NCBI GenBank assembly: GCA_048938025.1
Contig: JBHLMP010000001.1
Location: forward strand, 1 to 64,000
Direction of reading: 5' to 3'
DNA from: Promethearchaeota archaeon
Lineage (GTDB): Archaea > Asgardarchaeota > Lokiarchaeia > Sigyniarchaeales > SOKP01
DNA length: 64,000 nt
Part shown: positions 29,635 to 40,751 of the stretch, piece after piece
How positions within the stretch are numbered: position 1 is the stretch's first letter
How the letters are laid out: each line of letters opens with the position of its first letter
Notes under the pieces: generated by a model
What the model saw: only the letters and a program-made list of their open reading frames with translations
What the model was told of the DNA's origin: nothing
Database searches by the model: none
Made by a program: the position numbers and the translations under genes

Positions 29635-30672
29635 ATGAAAAAAATAGCTTATTTTGATGCATCGGTTGAGACACCAGAGGAAATTATTCTTGCTGCTGAT
29701 ATGGTTCCTGTTAGACTTTTTGGAAATCCCACAATAGGTATTGATAAAGCCAACGAGCATATCCCTCCAACTCACTGTGTTTGGGCTAGAAATATTCTTG
29801 AACAAGCAATTAATGGTTTGAATAATGATATAAAAGGAATAATTTGCACTCATGGTTGTGATTGCACGAATAGGGAATTCGATATTTGGTTAGAATGCGT
29901 GAATTTAGATTTTTTGTTTTTTCTGAACTCTCCACTGAAGCGAAACGAAATATCTTTGAAATTTTTTATTGATGATATAAAAGAAATGATATTACAATTA
30001 GAGGAATCGTTTAAAATAAAAATTACCACTGAAAAAATCCAACTTGCCATTAAGAAAATGAATCAAATCAGACAATTATTGAGAGAAATTTCTGAATTAC
30101 GAGTTGATATGAAATTAAAAGGTTCAGAATTCCATGCATTAGTTAAAGAAGTCCAACAATCTGATAAAGATAAAATGATTGAGAAACTTAAGTTAAAATT
30201 AACAGAAATTAAAGAGAGAAAGCCATTTTCAGATGAAGATCTTAAAAAGATATTATTAACCGGTTCAGTAATAGATGATACCGAATTTATTAAATTTTTA
30301 GAAAATGTTGGTTATCAAATCATTACTGATGATCTATGCATTGGATCCAAATATTTTTGGAGTAAAGTAAATGAAAACGGGGATCCAATTAAAGCTTTAG
30401 CTGAATATCATTTAAATAAACCAATATATTCAACCAAATTTCCATCATTTGAAAGGTTTGAAACACTTAAAAATTTGGCACAGACTTATAATGTAGATGG
30501 CGTTATAAATATAGCCCAAAAGTTTTGTGAACCAGTACTTTACGGACATCCATATTTTAATAAAAAATTTAAGGAGTTGGGAATTCCATATCTTTTTGTA
30601 GAAATGGAATATAATAGAGAATCTTATAAACAATTAGCAACAAGATTTGAAGCATTTAGTGAAATAATTTAA
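29635..30672 (+). CDS. 2-hydroxyacyl-CoA dehydratase / benzoyl-CoA reductase family subunit
   Basis: PEEIILAA, HC, GCD, DDLCIG, KFCEP, TRFEAF. Confidence 0.9.
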   Translation: MKKIAYFDASVETPEEIILAADMVPVRLFGNPTIGIDKANEHIPPTHCVWARNILEQAINGLNNDIKGIICTHGCDCTNREFDIWLECVNLDFLFFLNSPLKRNEISLKFFIDDIKEMILQLEESFKIKITTEKIQLAIKKMNQIRQLLREISELRVDMKLKGSEFHALVKEVQQSDKDKMIEKLKLKLTEIKERKPFSDEDLKKILLTGSVIDDTEFIKFLENVGYQIITDDLCIGSKYFWSKVNENGDPIKALAEYHLNKPIYSTKFPSFERFETLKNLAQTYNVDGVINIAQKFCEPVLYGHPYFNKKFKELGIPYLFVEMEYNRESYKQLATRFEAFSEII

Positions 30673-30685
30673 AGGAGGTAAAAAA

Positions 30686-31945
30686 ATGTCTAAAGTTAAA
30701 AAAAGAGGTAAAATGTTAAATGCTACAAATAAATTAAAAAATGAAATGGGTAGGCATTTCTTAGCGATTGAACAAGCATATAGAGATGGAAAGCCAACTG
30801 CTTGGGCAACTGCTGGTACACCAGTAGAGTTTTTATATGCTATGGATGTTCAACCAATGTTACCAGAAAATTCAGCTACAATTTCAGCTGCTTTAAAGAA
30901 ATCCCAAGAATTTATAGAATTAGCAGAAGAAGAAGGGTATTCGTACGATCTCTGTTCCTATTTTAAAACAAATGTTGGTGCTGTACTAAGTAATGCTGAT
31001 ATGAGTCTTGGAGGTACAAGAAAACCAACTTTTATGTTATCAAGTGATGTGATATGTGATACTCATGTGAATTGGTTTCAAGTTCAAGCGCAAAGGTTTA
31101 ATGTACCTCATTTCACTATAGATGTTCCTCATGTAGTCAGTAATACAAATAATAGACAAAGAGATTATTTTAAAAAATACATAAAAGAACAGCTCTGGGA
31201 ATTATTAGATTTTATAACTGAAGTGACTGGTAATGAATTTAATCCAGAAAGGGCAAGAGAGGTAGCTCTTAATTCTTATGAATTAGGAAAAGTATGGCAA
31301 GAAGTTTTTGAGTTACGAAAAAATATTCCATGTCCTGTTTCCACCAGAGATACATTTGGGGGATTATTTCCTTTATTCACAATGACTGGTTTAAAATCAC
31401 CAATAAAACTCTACAAAAGAATGTATAGAGAAGCAAAAGAGAGAGTAGATAACGGTATTGGTGCTTTAGAGCAAGAAGATTACCGTTTGCTTTTTGAGGG
31501 TATACCTTATTGGTATAATTTAAAATTCTTTTCAAATTTAGAACGATGGAATGCAATTATTGTGTATGAACCATATGTGTATGCTTTTACGAAATATACA
31601 AATCCAAATTTAACAAAAAAGATGGTTGTTGATAATCCAGTGGAATCAATGGCAGAATTAGTACTTAGCTTTTGGTATATTTACGATCTTAAAACTAGAT
31701 TCGAAAAGTTCAAAGAAACTGTAAGAGATTGGAAAATAGATGGTGTGTTATTACACAATAATATGTCCTGTAGACCAAACGCTTGCGGAATGTATGATTT
31801 GAAACGTAAATTAATGGAAGAAGCAGATATTCCCACACTCGTAATCGATAGTGACATGAATGATCCAAGGAAGATGAACGAAATTCAAGTTCTTAATCAA
31901 ATTGAGAGTTTTATCGAAATACTTCGAAAAAGAAAAAAAAAGTAA
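30686..31945 (+). CDS. 2-hydroxyacyl-CoA dehydratase family subunit
   Basis: PVEFLYAMD, PEN, DLCSY, ICD, SCRP, DSDMNDPR. Confidence 0.9.
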   Translation: MSKVKKRGKMLNATNKLKNEMGRHFLAIEQAYRDGKPTAWATAGTPVEFLYAMDVQPMLPENSATISAALKKSQEFIELAEEEGYSYDLCSYFKTNVGAVLSNADMSLGGTRKPTFMLSSDVICDTHVNWFQVQAQRFNVPHFTIDVPHVVSNTNNRQRDYFKKYIKEQLWELLDFITEVTGNEFNPERAREVALNSYELGKVWQEVFELRKNIPCPVSTRDTFGGLFPLFTMTGLKSPIKLYKRMYREAKERVDNGIGALEQEDYRLLFEGIPYWYNLKFFSNLERWNAIIVYEPYVYAFTKYTNPNLTKKMVVDNPVESMAELVLSFWYIYDLKTRFEKFKETVRDWKIDGVLLHNNMSCRPNACGMYDLKRKLMEEADIPTLVIDSDMNDPRKMNEIQVLNQIESFIEILRKRKKK

Positions 31946-31955
31946 AATTATTAAT

Positions 31956-33143
31956 TTATTCTGGAACTTTTCTTCTAACTCTACGTACTATTAAAATTAC
32001 AGCAACACCAATAACAATACTACATATTAAAGAAGCGCTTAACATAATAATCGGCATTATATCTGAGTCTTCTGGTAAATTTTCTACGATTGTAACTAAT
32101 TTACTTCCATTCCCTCCAATTAAATCAGTATAACTATATCCCACATAGCCAGATACTAATCCACTAGCGTTTACAGAAATAAATCCCGTGCTATTAAGAA
32201 CATTTGCATCCACTATCCATGTAGTTGTTCCAATATTACCCATGGTTAAATTTACTGGATTGAGCTCTTTTGTATCGCTTTCGCCAAATGCAAGTGAAAA
32301 ACCTGAGGGTAGTTGGATAGTTGCTTTACATATAGATGCAGGATATGCGGGAGTAAAATATGAAGGACATAAATATTCTACGTTAACCCTTACTGTAAAA
32401 GTTGAGTTAATTGCTACGATTGATGAGCACCTTACAGTTATTTCCCATGGACAAATAAAAAGTGCCCAATTTGCAGAATAGGACCATAAATCTATAAATG
32501 TACTATACCCAATATGATAATTAGGGCCTCCGGGGGTGAGATACCAAGGATCATGTGTTATGATTGAAACAATATTCCCCCCATCTTTAACATATCCAAT
32601 AACAACTCTATAGTGTCCATAATTACAACCTGTAAATTGCTCTTGTAAAACCACAATTGGGTACCCATCATTTATTAAATTAACTAAACTATTGACATTT
32701 GGTAAGTGTGCTTCAAGAGCACCATATCCGATTGGTCTATTTGTGTATCCTGTTATATTTCCTACCATTTCATCACCTAAAGAGGTACTCAATTTACTAA
32801 AATGAGCTGCTCTTCTCATATCACTTACATAAGTACCTCCAGAAGATGAAGCTGTTCGAGCTACATCTGCTATTTCTAATTGTGAAATATCGGGTCCATA
32901 AAAATCATATACCATTTCTAAACTTGCGGGTCCACACCAATAGCCCTCTTCTTGGTAATAGTGTGGAACTGAGGGAATCACAACTTCTGTTGCAGCAGTA
33001 TGTAAGTTAGAATTTGCTTTTTCTAAAAAATCTTCGGTATCTTCGGTAGCTTGAAAAAATTTAACATTTATAATCCCTATTCCAATGGTTTGTCCTAAGA
33101 ATGTGAAAAGTATAAAAAAAATTGCTCCAATTTTTTTATTCAA
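31956..33143 (-). CDS. Secreted, membrane-anchored C39-like cysteine peptidase
   Basis: Signal-like N-terminus, VPHYYQ..WCGPAS, GHYRVVIGY, HDPW, beta-rich domain, C-terminal TM helix plus basic tail. Confidence 0.82.
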   Translation of the reverse strand: MNKKIGAIFFILFTFLGQTIGIGIINVKFFQATEDTEDFLEKANSNLHTAATEVVIPSVPHYYQEEGYWCGPASLEMVYDFYGPDISQLEIADVARTASSSGGTYVSDMRRAAHFSKLSTSLGDEMVGNITGYTNRPIGYGALEAHLPNVNSLVNLINDGYPIVVLQEQFTGCNYGHYRVVIGYVKDGGNIVSIITHDPWYLTPGGPNYHIGYSTFIDLWSYSANWALFICPWEITVRCSSIVAINSTFTVRVNVEYLCPSYFTPAYPASICKATIQLPSGFSLAFGESDTKELNPVNLTMGNIGTTTWIVDANVLNSTGFISVNASGLVSGYVGYSYTDLIGGNGSKLVTIVENLPEDSDIMPIIMLSASLICSIVIGVAVILIVRRVRRKVPE

Positions 33144-33316
33144 TTGATTGCACCAAAAGATCCTTAGTTTTGAAAAATATTCTAGATCTCTATTTTATCA
33201 ATAAACTCAAATTATTGTAAAAGATTTCAATAAACATTAATAAGTTACATTAATATTTAAAAGATTATATGAGCTAATTTGATTAATTTAGTAAATCCTT
33301 AAAAGTATATATACTA

Positions 33317-33661
33317 TTAATTAGAAATTTTTACATAGGAATTTGGCGTGACAATAAGATATTGATCCCCTAGACGCCCCATTGATCCCCCATTTTCTCT
33401 TAAAAAAGCCTTTAAATCTTCTATTCCTCTTTTAAGTTCAGAAATATCAATTTTTTCAAGGATTTCGGTGGCATTTATAATTAGTATCCTTCTACCTAAT
33501 AATTGTTTTTTTATATCTTCAATTTGATCAAGAGACGAAAAATCATATTTTTTAATTAAGAAATTTTGAAGAAGGGAAGAGTATTCTTTTGAGAAACCCA
33601 TTGCTTCTTGTGGAGACCCTAAAAGTTCAATATCTTCTTTATTTCCTTTAAATCTTGCCAT
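33317..33661 (-). CDS. sepF: Cell division protein SepF
   Basis: SLDQIEDIKKQL..ILIIN..ELKRGIEDLK..GGSMGRLGDQYLIVTP. Confidence 0.82.
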   Translation of the reverse strand: MARFKGNKEDIELLGSPQEAMGFSKEYSSLLQNFLIKKYDFSSLDQIEDIKKQLLGRRILIINATEILEKIDISELKRGIEDLKAFLRENGGSMGRLGDQYLIVTPNSYVKISN

Positions 33662-33782
33662 AACTAAGACACAACCTATAAAATCATAAAAAACTCAGTC
33701 GTTTTTGTTCATTAATAAAATGATTAAGGGCTAATTTAAATAAAAGAGTTATCGAGGAAAGATTATCATATATACCTGCATA

Positions 33783-35444
33783 TTATTTGAATATTATACC
33801 TTCATACGGAGTTAATTTGAGGTTTCCGTTATATTCTTTTGGATCTAAGGCTTTTCTATTTAAATATGTTGAAAAAATTAAGTTAGGTTCCTGTTTTGGG
33901 GTTTTTGACAATATTTCTTTATCTGAAAAGTTCAAATAAATATAAACTACTTGCTTATTGTGAGTTCTACGATAAGCTAAACATTTTTTATTTAATTTTT
34001 CTAGATTGATAAATTCAAATTCACCAGTTTGTAGCGTTAAATTTTCTTTTCTTACCTTTAATAACCTTTTATAACAGTTCAAGATAGATCCGGGATCTTT
34101 CTCCTCTTTCTCAACATTAACATTTTCGTAATTTTTTGATACTTTCAACCATGGTTTGATATTTTTATTTGGTGTAAATCCGGCATTATGTTTTCCATTC
34201 CATTGCATAGGTGTTCTACAAACATCCCTAGATACAAAAATACCTAATATTTTAACTAATTGAGGATAAGGGAATTTAGTAAACTTACGTCCAATTGGAT
34301 CTTTGCTTGCTTTCAGTTTAAGTTTTACATTTGCCATACCTATCTCTTCTCCATAATAAATGTATGGAACACCTCTCAATGTAAGTTGCATTGTAGCTAA
34401 TATTTTCGCTTTCTGGACATTATTGCCCAAAAGAGAAATGTATCTATCTCTATCATGATTACCATATACAAATGTAGGTGTATAAGGAAAAGGGAAAGCT
34501 TTTTCATATCCCGAAATGACTTTAGTAATCTTTTTAGGCTTAAATTTAGGTGCAATTGATGTAAATTCAAAAAGGAAAACCATATGTAATCCATTATTAT
34601 TTGATCCATAATATTTCCTTAAATCTTCAATAGATCCGAAAACTTCACCTATCAAGAATCTTGTGGGTTCATATTCATCCAATATCCTTCTTATTTCTAA
34701 GGTAAAGTTAAATGTCTCAGGAAGGTTCAAATCATATTTATGATGTTGGAAATAATAAGCTAATTTTTTTTCAGAATACAATCTCCATGTAAAAGGATTA
34801 TCTCTCAAACTTTCATCTTCGTAAATGCTATGTAATATATCTAATCGAAATCCATCAACTCCCTTATTTAACCAAAATCGTATAGTATCAAACATCTCTT
34901 CCTTAACTTCTGGATTTCGATAGTTTAAATCAGGTTGGAAGGGCAAGAAATGAAAATATACCCATTGATCAGTATTTTCATAATATAGCCATGCAGGACC
35001 TCCCGGAAGAGCTTTCCAATTATTTGGGGGCTTTTGCCCTCCAGGTTTTTTTCCATCATGCCATATATACCAATCACGCTTTGGATTATCTTTACTTGAT
35101 GCAGATTCTATAAACCACGGATGTTTAATTGATGTATGATTTAAGACAAGATCTAATACAATATTCATATCTCTATCATGTATTTCTTTCAAGAGTTTAT
35201 CAAAATCGTTCATTGAACCATAACTTGGATCTATCTGACGAAAGTTTGATACATCATAACCATAGTCTTGTTGAGGAGATTCAAAAAATGGGCTAACCCA
35301 TATCGTTTCAATACCTAAATCCTCTAAATAATCCAATTTTTCTATAATACCATTAATATCTCCGATTCCATTTCCAGTACTATCCTTAAATGAGCGAGGG
35401 TAAATTTGATAAACTACGGTTTTCTGCCACCATTTACTCTCCAT
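33783..35444 (-). CDS. GH13 alpha-glucosidase / oligo-1,6-glucosidase
   Basis: YQIYPRSFKDS, DYGYD, DLVLNHTS, QPDLN, GFRLD, GE, NHD. Confidence 0.95.
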   Translation of the reverse strand: MESKWWQKTVVYQIYPRSFKDSTGNGIGDINGIIEKLDYLEDLGIETIWVSPFFESPQQDYGYDVSNFRQIDPSYGSMNDFDKLLKEIHDRDMNIVLDLVLNHTSIKHPWFIESASSKDNPKRDWYIWHDGKKPGGQKPPNNWKALPGGPAWLYYENTDQWVYFHFLPFQPDLNYRNPEVKEEMFDTIRFWLNKGVDGFRLDILHSIYEDESLRDNPFTWRLYSEKKLAYYFQHHKYDLNLPETFNFTLEIRRILDEYEPTRFLIGEVFGSIEDLRKYYGSNNNGLHMVFLFEFTSIAPKFKPKKITKVISGYEKAFPFPYTPTFVYGNHDRDRYISLLGNNVQKAKILATMQLTLRGVPYIYYGEEIGMANVKLKLKASKDPIGRKFTKFPYPQLVKILGIFVSRDVCRTPMQWNGKHNAGFTPNKNIKPWLKVSKNYENVNVEKEEKDPGSILNCYKRLLKVRKENLTLQTGEFEFINLEKLNKKCLAYRRTHNKQVVYIYLNFSDKEILSKTPKQEPNLIFSTYLNRKALDPKEYNGNLKLTPYEGIIFK

Positions 35445-35565
35445 CTATTTTTCCACCTTTTTTTTTATAAAGAAAGATTAATTAAAAAAAATTTTTTTTT
35501 GTTTATATAAGAAATTCTCAATTCTAGGAAAAATATAAATTCTTTTCAAATCCTATTTTTTAAAT

Positions 35566-36099
35566 ATGGAATCAAAAACATCAAATTTAATAGACCTCAT
35601 AAAATCAAGAAAGAGCATTAGAAACTTTATTTATCAAAAAATTAATAAGGAAACTTTCAGAGATATATTAGAATGTGGTAGATGGGCTCCATCTGGTCAG
35701 AATAGCCAACCATGGCGAGTCTGTGTTGTAGAACACCCCACTGTTAAAAGAATGGTGGCTGAGCAAACCAAATATGGTGGAATAATTGAAAGTGCCTATG
35801 TTAATTTCGTTATCTTTCTAGATATTGAAAGAGGGTACGACCGTGTAAAAGATATTCAAGCAATGGGAGCTTTCATGCAGAATATTCTTTTAGGAGTCCA
35901 TGCAAAAGGGCTTGGTGCGGCTTGGATTGGTGAAATTCTGAATAATAAAGAGAAAATTAATGAAATCTTTAAACTATCCCCTGATAAGTTTGAACTGATG
36001 TGTGTTATTTCAGTTGGTGTGATTGATGAGGCAATGGAAGAAAAGAGCAAAAAAGAAAGAGAAAGAAGATCTATAGATGAGTTTATTGATTGGTTCTGA
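35566..36099 (+). CDS. Nitroreductase family protein
   Basis: SRKSIRNF, WAPSGQNSQPW, QNILL..GLGAAW. Confidence 0.92.
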   Translation: MESKTSNLIDLIKSRKSIRNFIYQKINKETFRDILECGRWAPSGQNSQPWRVCVVEHPTVKRMVAEQTKYGGIIESAYVNFVIFLDIERGYDRVKDIQAMGAFMQNILLGVHAKGLGAAWIGEILNNKEKINEIFKLSPDKFELMCVISVGVIDEAMEEKSKKERERRSIDEFIDWF

Positions 36100-36118
36100 T
36101 TTTTTTATTTAATCTATC

Positions 36119-36844
36119 TTAATTAATTCCTTTTTTCATTTCTTTTAAATCTTTGAAGAAAAAGGATTCTCCATAATGGTTAAATAAAACTGCTGCTGGA
36201 TTGTGAGGATTTGACCTATCTTTAGCAATTAATGTAGTAATAGGGGCTTTTGAGAGCTTTGTAAACATGATATCATGCCCTACACATAAACCTACTATGA
36301 TATTCATCTCTGTTTCAGCTTTATTTAATAATAAAGCTTGTGCTACAGGATTACATGTAACAAAACCTATTGGATAACCTGTTTTTGAAGTCGTTGTAAA
36401 TTCTTCTGGTACCCCAACATCTGTTTTTTTAATTGAACCTGTCTTACAGCAAACGGAGCATACATTAAAACCATATTTTTCTAAAATTTCTGCTGTTTTT
36501 TCTGCTTCTTTTTGTAAACCTATACAAAATGCAATCCCTAATTTTGAAAAACCCATCCCTTTCGCATATTCTATAGTATCTTTTAGACGAGGCCAATGAA
36601 TATATCCTTTAGCTTCTACGATAGATGCTACACCTGTTGACTTCTTAATAAATCCATCTGTTTTATAAAGCTCTCTTGCTTCCTTTCCAATTTCAGGACT
36701 TACTATCATAGGACAATTCTTCACTTCTTTGTTTACTCTCCCAATCGTGCAATAATTTCTACTATTGCATTTATGACATGTAGGATTAATAAATACATTG
36801 TCATCTTTATCTTTAGAATTTTTTTTTTCATTCGACATTTTCAA
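36119..36844 (-). CDS. DUF1847 family protein
   Basis: GIAFCIGL, CCKTG, CNPVAQA, GLCVGHD, AKDR..HNP. Confidence 0.88.
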   Translation of the reverse strand: MKMSNEKKNSKDKDDNVFINPTCHKCNSRNYCTIGRVNKEVKNCPMIVSPEIGKEARELYKTDGFIKKSTGVASIVEAKGYIHWPRLKDTIEYAKGMGFSKLGIAFCIGLQKEAEKTAEILEKYGFNVCSVCCKTGSIKKTDVGVPEEFTTTSKTGYPIGFVTCNPVAQALLLNKAETEMNIIVGLCVGHDIMFTKLSKAPITTLIAKDRSNPHNPAAVLFNHYGESFFFKDLKEMKKGIN

Positions 36845-36951
36845 TCAAATAATCTATATAGAAATTTTGATTTATTCTTATTATATTTTTTACTAAATCT
36901 TAATTTATTGGAAATAAAAAACACTTGAAATTCCATTCCAACTTAAAATTA

Positions 36952-38271
36952 TTATTTTTTCTTCTTATTTTCTAAAGATTCGACGATATATGGATTGAGA
37001 ACCCAAATACCAATTATAAAAATAGGGATTAATGACCATTCTACAAAAATGGAGATGATAAAAGGCATGCTTGGACTAATCGAATCCCATACAAGTCCAC
37101 CTAAGAAAGGACCTATAATCATTCCAAAGGACTCAAAAAGGGTAATTAGTCCGAAGATCTTTCCACGATGTTTGGTAGACACACGACTGAGAAAGTTTAT
37201 AAATACAAAACTAACTGTCAGCATAATTGTATTATCAATAATAAGTAAGAAACCAAAAATCCATAGATTTCCTGAATTAATTATCAAAAAAGTAACTATT
37301 CCTCCAGCGAAACTTGCAAGTGAAATAGTAAGATACGGATTAAAATTATCTGCCATTGTTCCTAATTTTGGAGCAATAAGCGTCCCTATAACTGACGTTG
37401 GAAGATAAAACCAAGCTACTAAGCTAGCGTTATTATTGATATTTTCAAGCACATAGGGCTGAATAAACGGGCGATAGAGTCCTGCATTGGTAGCACTAAA
37501 GAAAAAAGCAGAGAATAAAAGAATGATCCCTAATAAGAAAATATGAATCGAAGGATTTTCTGAGTTTTTATTATCTACATTCTGTTCTATCAAAGTGTCT
37601 TGATTATTTTCAACCTCAAGATATTCAAATTTTTTATATTCATCAACTTTTCGTGAGAATTGAATTCCGGCGTAAAAATTAGCTATCCCATATATAGGTA
37701 TCGCTCCATAAGTAATAAAAACATTACTAGGATAAAGAAAACTAGATAATCCAAAAATAGTAAATCCTACTACTGTTCCAAGTACCATGCCAATACCTAA
37801 GGCAAATCTCCTCCGTCCAAAGGCTGAAGATCGATGAAATTTTGATGATTTTTCAGAAATAATTGTATCTAAAGGGTTCCAAAAAATATGTGCACCTAAA
37901 CCCAGTAAAAAAGCACTGATATACATACCTATCAAAGACTGCATAATTATCGACATATAAAGCCCAAAATAAGATAAACCTCTACCAAAAGAACCAATCA
38001 TAACTAAAATTCGCTTAGAAAACCGATCTGTTAAATAACCGATAAATGAAGAGCTAATTAAACCTCCAAGAGTAATAAATGAGAAGAATAGTCCAAGTTG
38101 AGCAGCAGGAGCATTTAAAACTTGCTTAATCAAATATGCCATGATAAATTCAATAAAAAAAAAACCTAATGAATTCCACACTACTATAAATATAACTGAA
38201 TTAAAATCAGAGGTGAATTTATGCGAGTCTGGAACTAATTCCTTTTTGCTTTTTCTTACGAATGATGCCAT
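36952..38271 (-). CDS. MFS transporter
   Basis: GYLTDRFSKR motif A, 12-TM pattern. Confidence 0.88.
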   Translation of the reverse strand: MASFVRKSKKELVPDSHKFTSDFNSVIFIVVWNSLGFFFIEFIMAYLIKQVLNAPAAQLGLFFSFITLGGLISSSFIGYLTDRFSKRILVMIGSFGRGLSYFGLYMSIIMQSLIGMYISAFLLGLGAHIFWNPLDTIISEKSSKFHRSSAFGRRRFALGIGMVLGTVVGFTIFGLSSFLYPSNVFITYGAIPIYGIANFYAGIQFSRKVDEYKKFEYLEVENNQDTLIEQNVDNKNSENPSIHIFLLGIILLFSAFFFSATNAGLYRPFIQPYVLENINNNASLVAWFYLPTSVIGTLIAPKLGTMADNFNPYLTISLASFAGGIVTFLIINSGNLWIFGFLLIIDNTIMLTVSFVFINFLSRVSTKHRGKIFGLITLFESFGMIIGPFLGGLVWDSISPSMPFIISIFVEWSLIPIFIIGIWVLNPYIVESLENKKKK

Positions 38272-38392
38272 ATTATTAATCTGAAAAAAATATCGTTGCT
38301 AAAAAAATTTTGTTTGTGTATGTAAGACTTATTTTATTGATTCTAAAATGAAAGAGAAAAAATAATTTGAAAAAAAAGTGAAGATTTTTTTC

Positions 38393-39040
38393 TCATCTCC
38401 AAAAATGGAAAAAACTAGAAAAAATAGGACCAATCCAATAATAAAACTTAACCCAATAAATATAAGTCACTCCAAGATATAATAAAGCATAAAGAAAGCC
38501 AAATATAAACCCAAATATTACATCTATTGGGAAATGAACTCCTAGAATAAGACGAGAAATAGCCATAGTGACACTTAGCCCAAGGACAATAAAAAACAAT
38601 AACCAACTATTAAAGTAATATGAAAATATTAGCCCAAAAAATAAAATAAACGTTACATGTCCAGATGGAAATGATTTCTGCTCTGATTCTCTCATAAGAT
38701 ATGGAATTCTTATAAAATCATCATGTTTCTTTACACCTTCACTTTCAAGAGTAATATATGGGCGATTTCTTCTGATAAGTTTATAGCGAATAATTGAATG
38801 TATAATAATAGACTGATCAAAACCACCAGTAAAAAGAACTAAAAGATAATAATCTTTAGTGATATAACCATAGATAAACCAAGCTAACCATAATAAACCC
38901 CAGAAATAAAAACTTCCAAAAAAACTGAAGATTATTGCGAAATTTTTACTTCTTTTACTAAATTTACTCTTATATAGGTTTAAAAAGATTTTATGATCCC
39001 AATTCTCCAATTTCTCAAGATAGTCTGATAGTACCGACAT
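38393..39040 (-). CDS. PAP2 family membrane phosphatase
   Basis: RNRP, SFPSGH, SRLILGVHFPID. Confidence 0.92.
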   Translation of the reverse strand: MSVLSDYLEKLENWDHKIFLNLYKSKFSKRSKNFAIIFSFFGSFYFWGLLWLAWFIYGYITKDYYLLVLFTGGFDQSIIIHSIIRYKLIRRNRPYITLESEGVKKHDDFIRIPYLMRESEQKSFPSGHVTFILFFGLIFSYYFNSWLLFFIVLGLSVTMAISRLILGVHFPIDVIFGFIFGFLYALLYLGVTYIYWVKFYYWIGPIFSSFFHFWR

Positions 39041-39467
39041 TAGCCCATTTAAACGGTGGATTTAAGTTAGGATGTAAACATGTCCTTAAAAAACTTTTCA
39101 GACTTTTAATCATCTTGATTGATTTTATGATTAAGAGTATAATTAGTATTATTTAGTAGAAATCAGCTAAAATTCTCCAATATTTCAATATATTATATTA
39201 AAATGAATAAGAAACCATAAGCTTAAAACAAGAATTTCTGAATATTAAAAAGAGTCCAGATATTAAAAATTGAAGATAAAAATAGAAAAAATTTCTTGAG
39301 ATTATCAAGAAAAATTCCTAAATCCTCTTTATTTAACAGAAAGGAACCATTAGATTTAATTAATATTTACTATGTAGAGCTAACAATAGGTTTAAATAAT
39401 AAAATTAATTTTATAAGATAAAGAATAATCAATCATTTTTCAACATATATAAAAAAGTGAAAAAATT

Positions 39468-39974
39468 ATGGTTGAAAATAATGCCTTTTCAGAAGATAGT
39501 TTGTATGAAATAGCGAGAAATAAAGTTAATTTTAGACTTTCTGTTAAAATTCATGTTGGTGTTTTTATTGTTGTATCAACATTACTATTGAGTATTAATC
39601 TAATTTTTAGTCCCACTATTTTATGGGTTTTATTTCCATTTTTTGGCTGGTTTATAGGTGTTATTTTACACACGACTGCTTATATCGTGTATGCTAGAGG
39701 AGTTTATCCTATTGCTAAAAGGGGGGTAATATTTCATATATGTGCTTTTACATTTGTGATATTGTATCTATTTATAATAAATTTGACCACACTTCCAAAC
39801 TATTATTGGGCAATATATCCGCTAATTTTTTGGGGTTCAGCTTTAGTCATACATATTATCGCGTATTTGGTATTATATCGAGGAAAAATTGATGATCAAG
39901 GTGAAACTAAATCGCGAAAAGAGAGAGCTATTGAAAAGGAAATGGAAAAAATGCGAAAACGAATGAAGAAGTAG
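39468..39974 (+). CDS. Tandem 2TM-domain membrane protein
   Basis: Two repeats of H..F..IN....W..P...W...H; C-terminal IEKEMEK. Confidence 0.75.
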   Translation: MVENNAFSEDSLYEIARNKVNFRLSVKIHVGVFIVVSTLLLSINLIFSPTILWVLFPFFGWFIGVILHTTAYIVYARGVYPIAKRGVIFHICAFTFVILYLFIINLTTLPNYYWAIYPLIFWGSALVIHIIAYLVLYRGKIDDQGETKSRKERAIEKEMEKMRKRMKK

Positions 39975-39998
39975 GAGGAAGGGTAAGTTAAAATAATA

Positions 39999-40643
39999 AT
40001 GTGGCTAGGAAAATTTTTAGATCTTGAGGAAGATATAAAAAAGTTAAGATCTAGGATAAAAAAAGGATTTTTTGACAGTTTAAAAAAAGATAAACTCACT
40101 CCTCTTGAATTTACAATTATAGAGACAATTTTTAACAGTAAAGAGCAATCTGGTTATGACTTGATAAATAACTTAAATAAGCAGTTTGCAGGGACTTGGG
40201 AAGCTCAATCAGGCACAATATATCCAATATTAAGAAAATTAGAGTATTCTGGTTTTTTAAAATCAAGAACTGTTAAAAGTCCAATAGGGCCCTTACGAAA
40301 GGTTTATTCACTAACAGAAGCAGGTGGAGAGATTCTAAAACATAAGGTAAACAAACATTATCTTGATCAACTTAAATTTACAGAGAATTTTTTAGTAGAA
40401 CTTTCTTCAATATATATTCATTCTTTTCCAGAGGATGAGAAAGATGAAATCATAAAAGATATAAAAAGCCTCCTAAAAGAAGCATTTGATAATGTTATGA
40501 AAAATATTCCTCCGACGCTTCTATTTAAAGCTAAATGTCAAGCATGCGGTTCTGAGATCAATCGAGAAGCACAATTTTGCCCAAATTGTGGCACATCGTT
40601 ACTACCTGCTATAGAAAATGATACAAAAGAATCTGATACATAA
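39999..40643 (+). CDS. PadR family regulator with C-terminal zinc ribbon
   Basis: GYDL, GTIYPILRKLE, RKVYSLT; CQACG..FCPNCG. Confidence 0.9.
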   Translation: MWLGKFLDLEEDIKKLRSRIKKGFFDSLKKDKLTPLEFTIIETIFNSKEQSGYDLINNLNKQFAGTWEAQSGTIYPILRKLEYSGFLKSRTVKSPIGPLRKVYSLTEAGGEILKHKVNKHYLDQLKFTENFLVELSSIYIHSFPEDEKDEIIKDIKSLLKEAFDNVMKNIPPTLLFKAKCQACGSEINREAQFCPNCGTSLLPAIENDTKESDT

Positions 40644-40751
40644 AAATGGATATTAGAGAAAGCCTATAATCACAATAAAATTTTATTATATTTTGTACTA
40701 GGATATATTCAACCTTGTAAGTTTACCCGACAAGTTCCTGTTGCATAAAGA

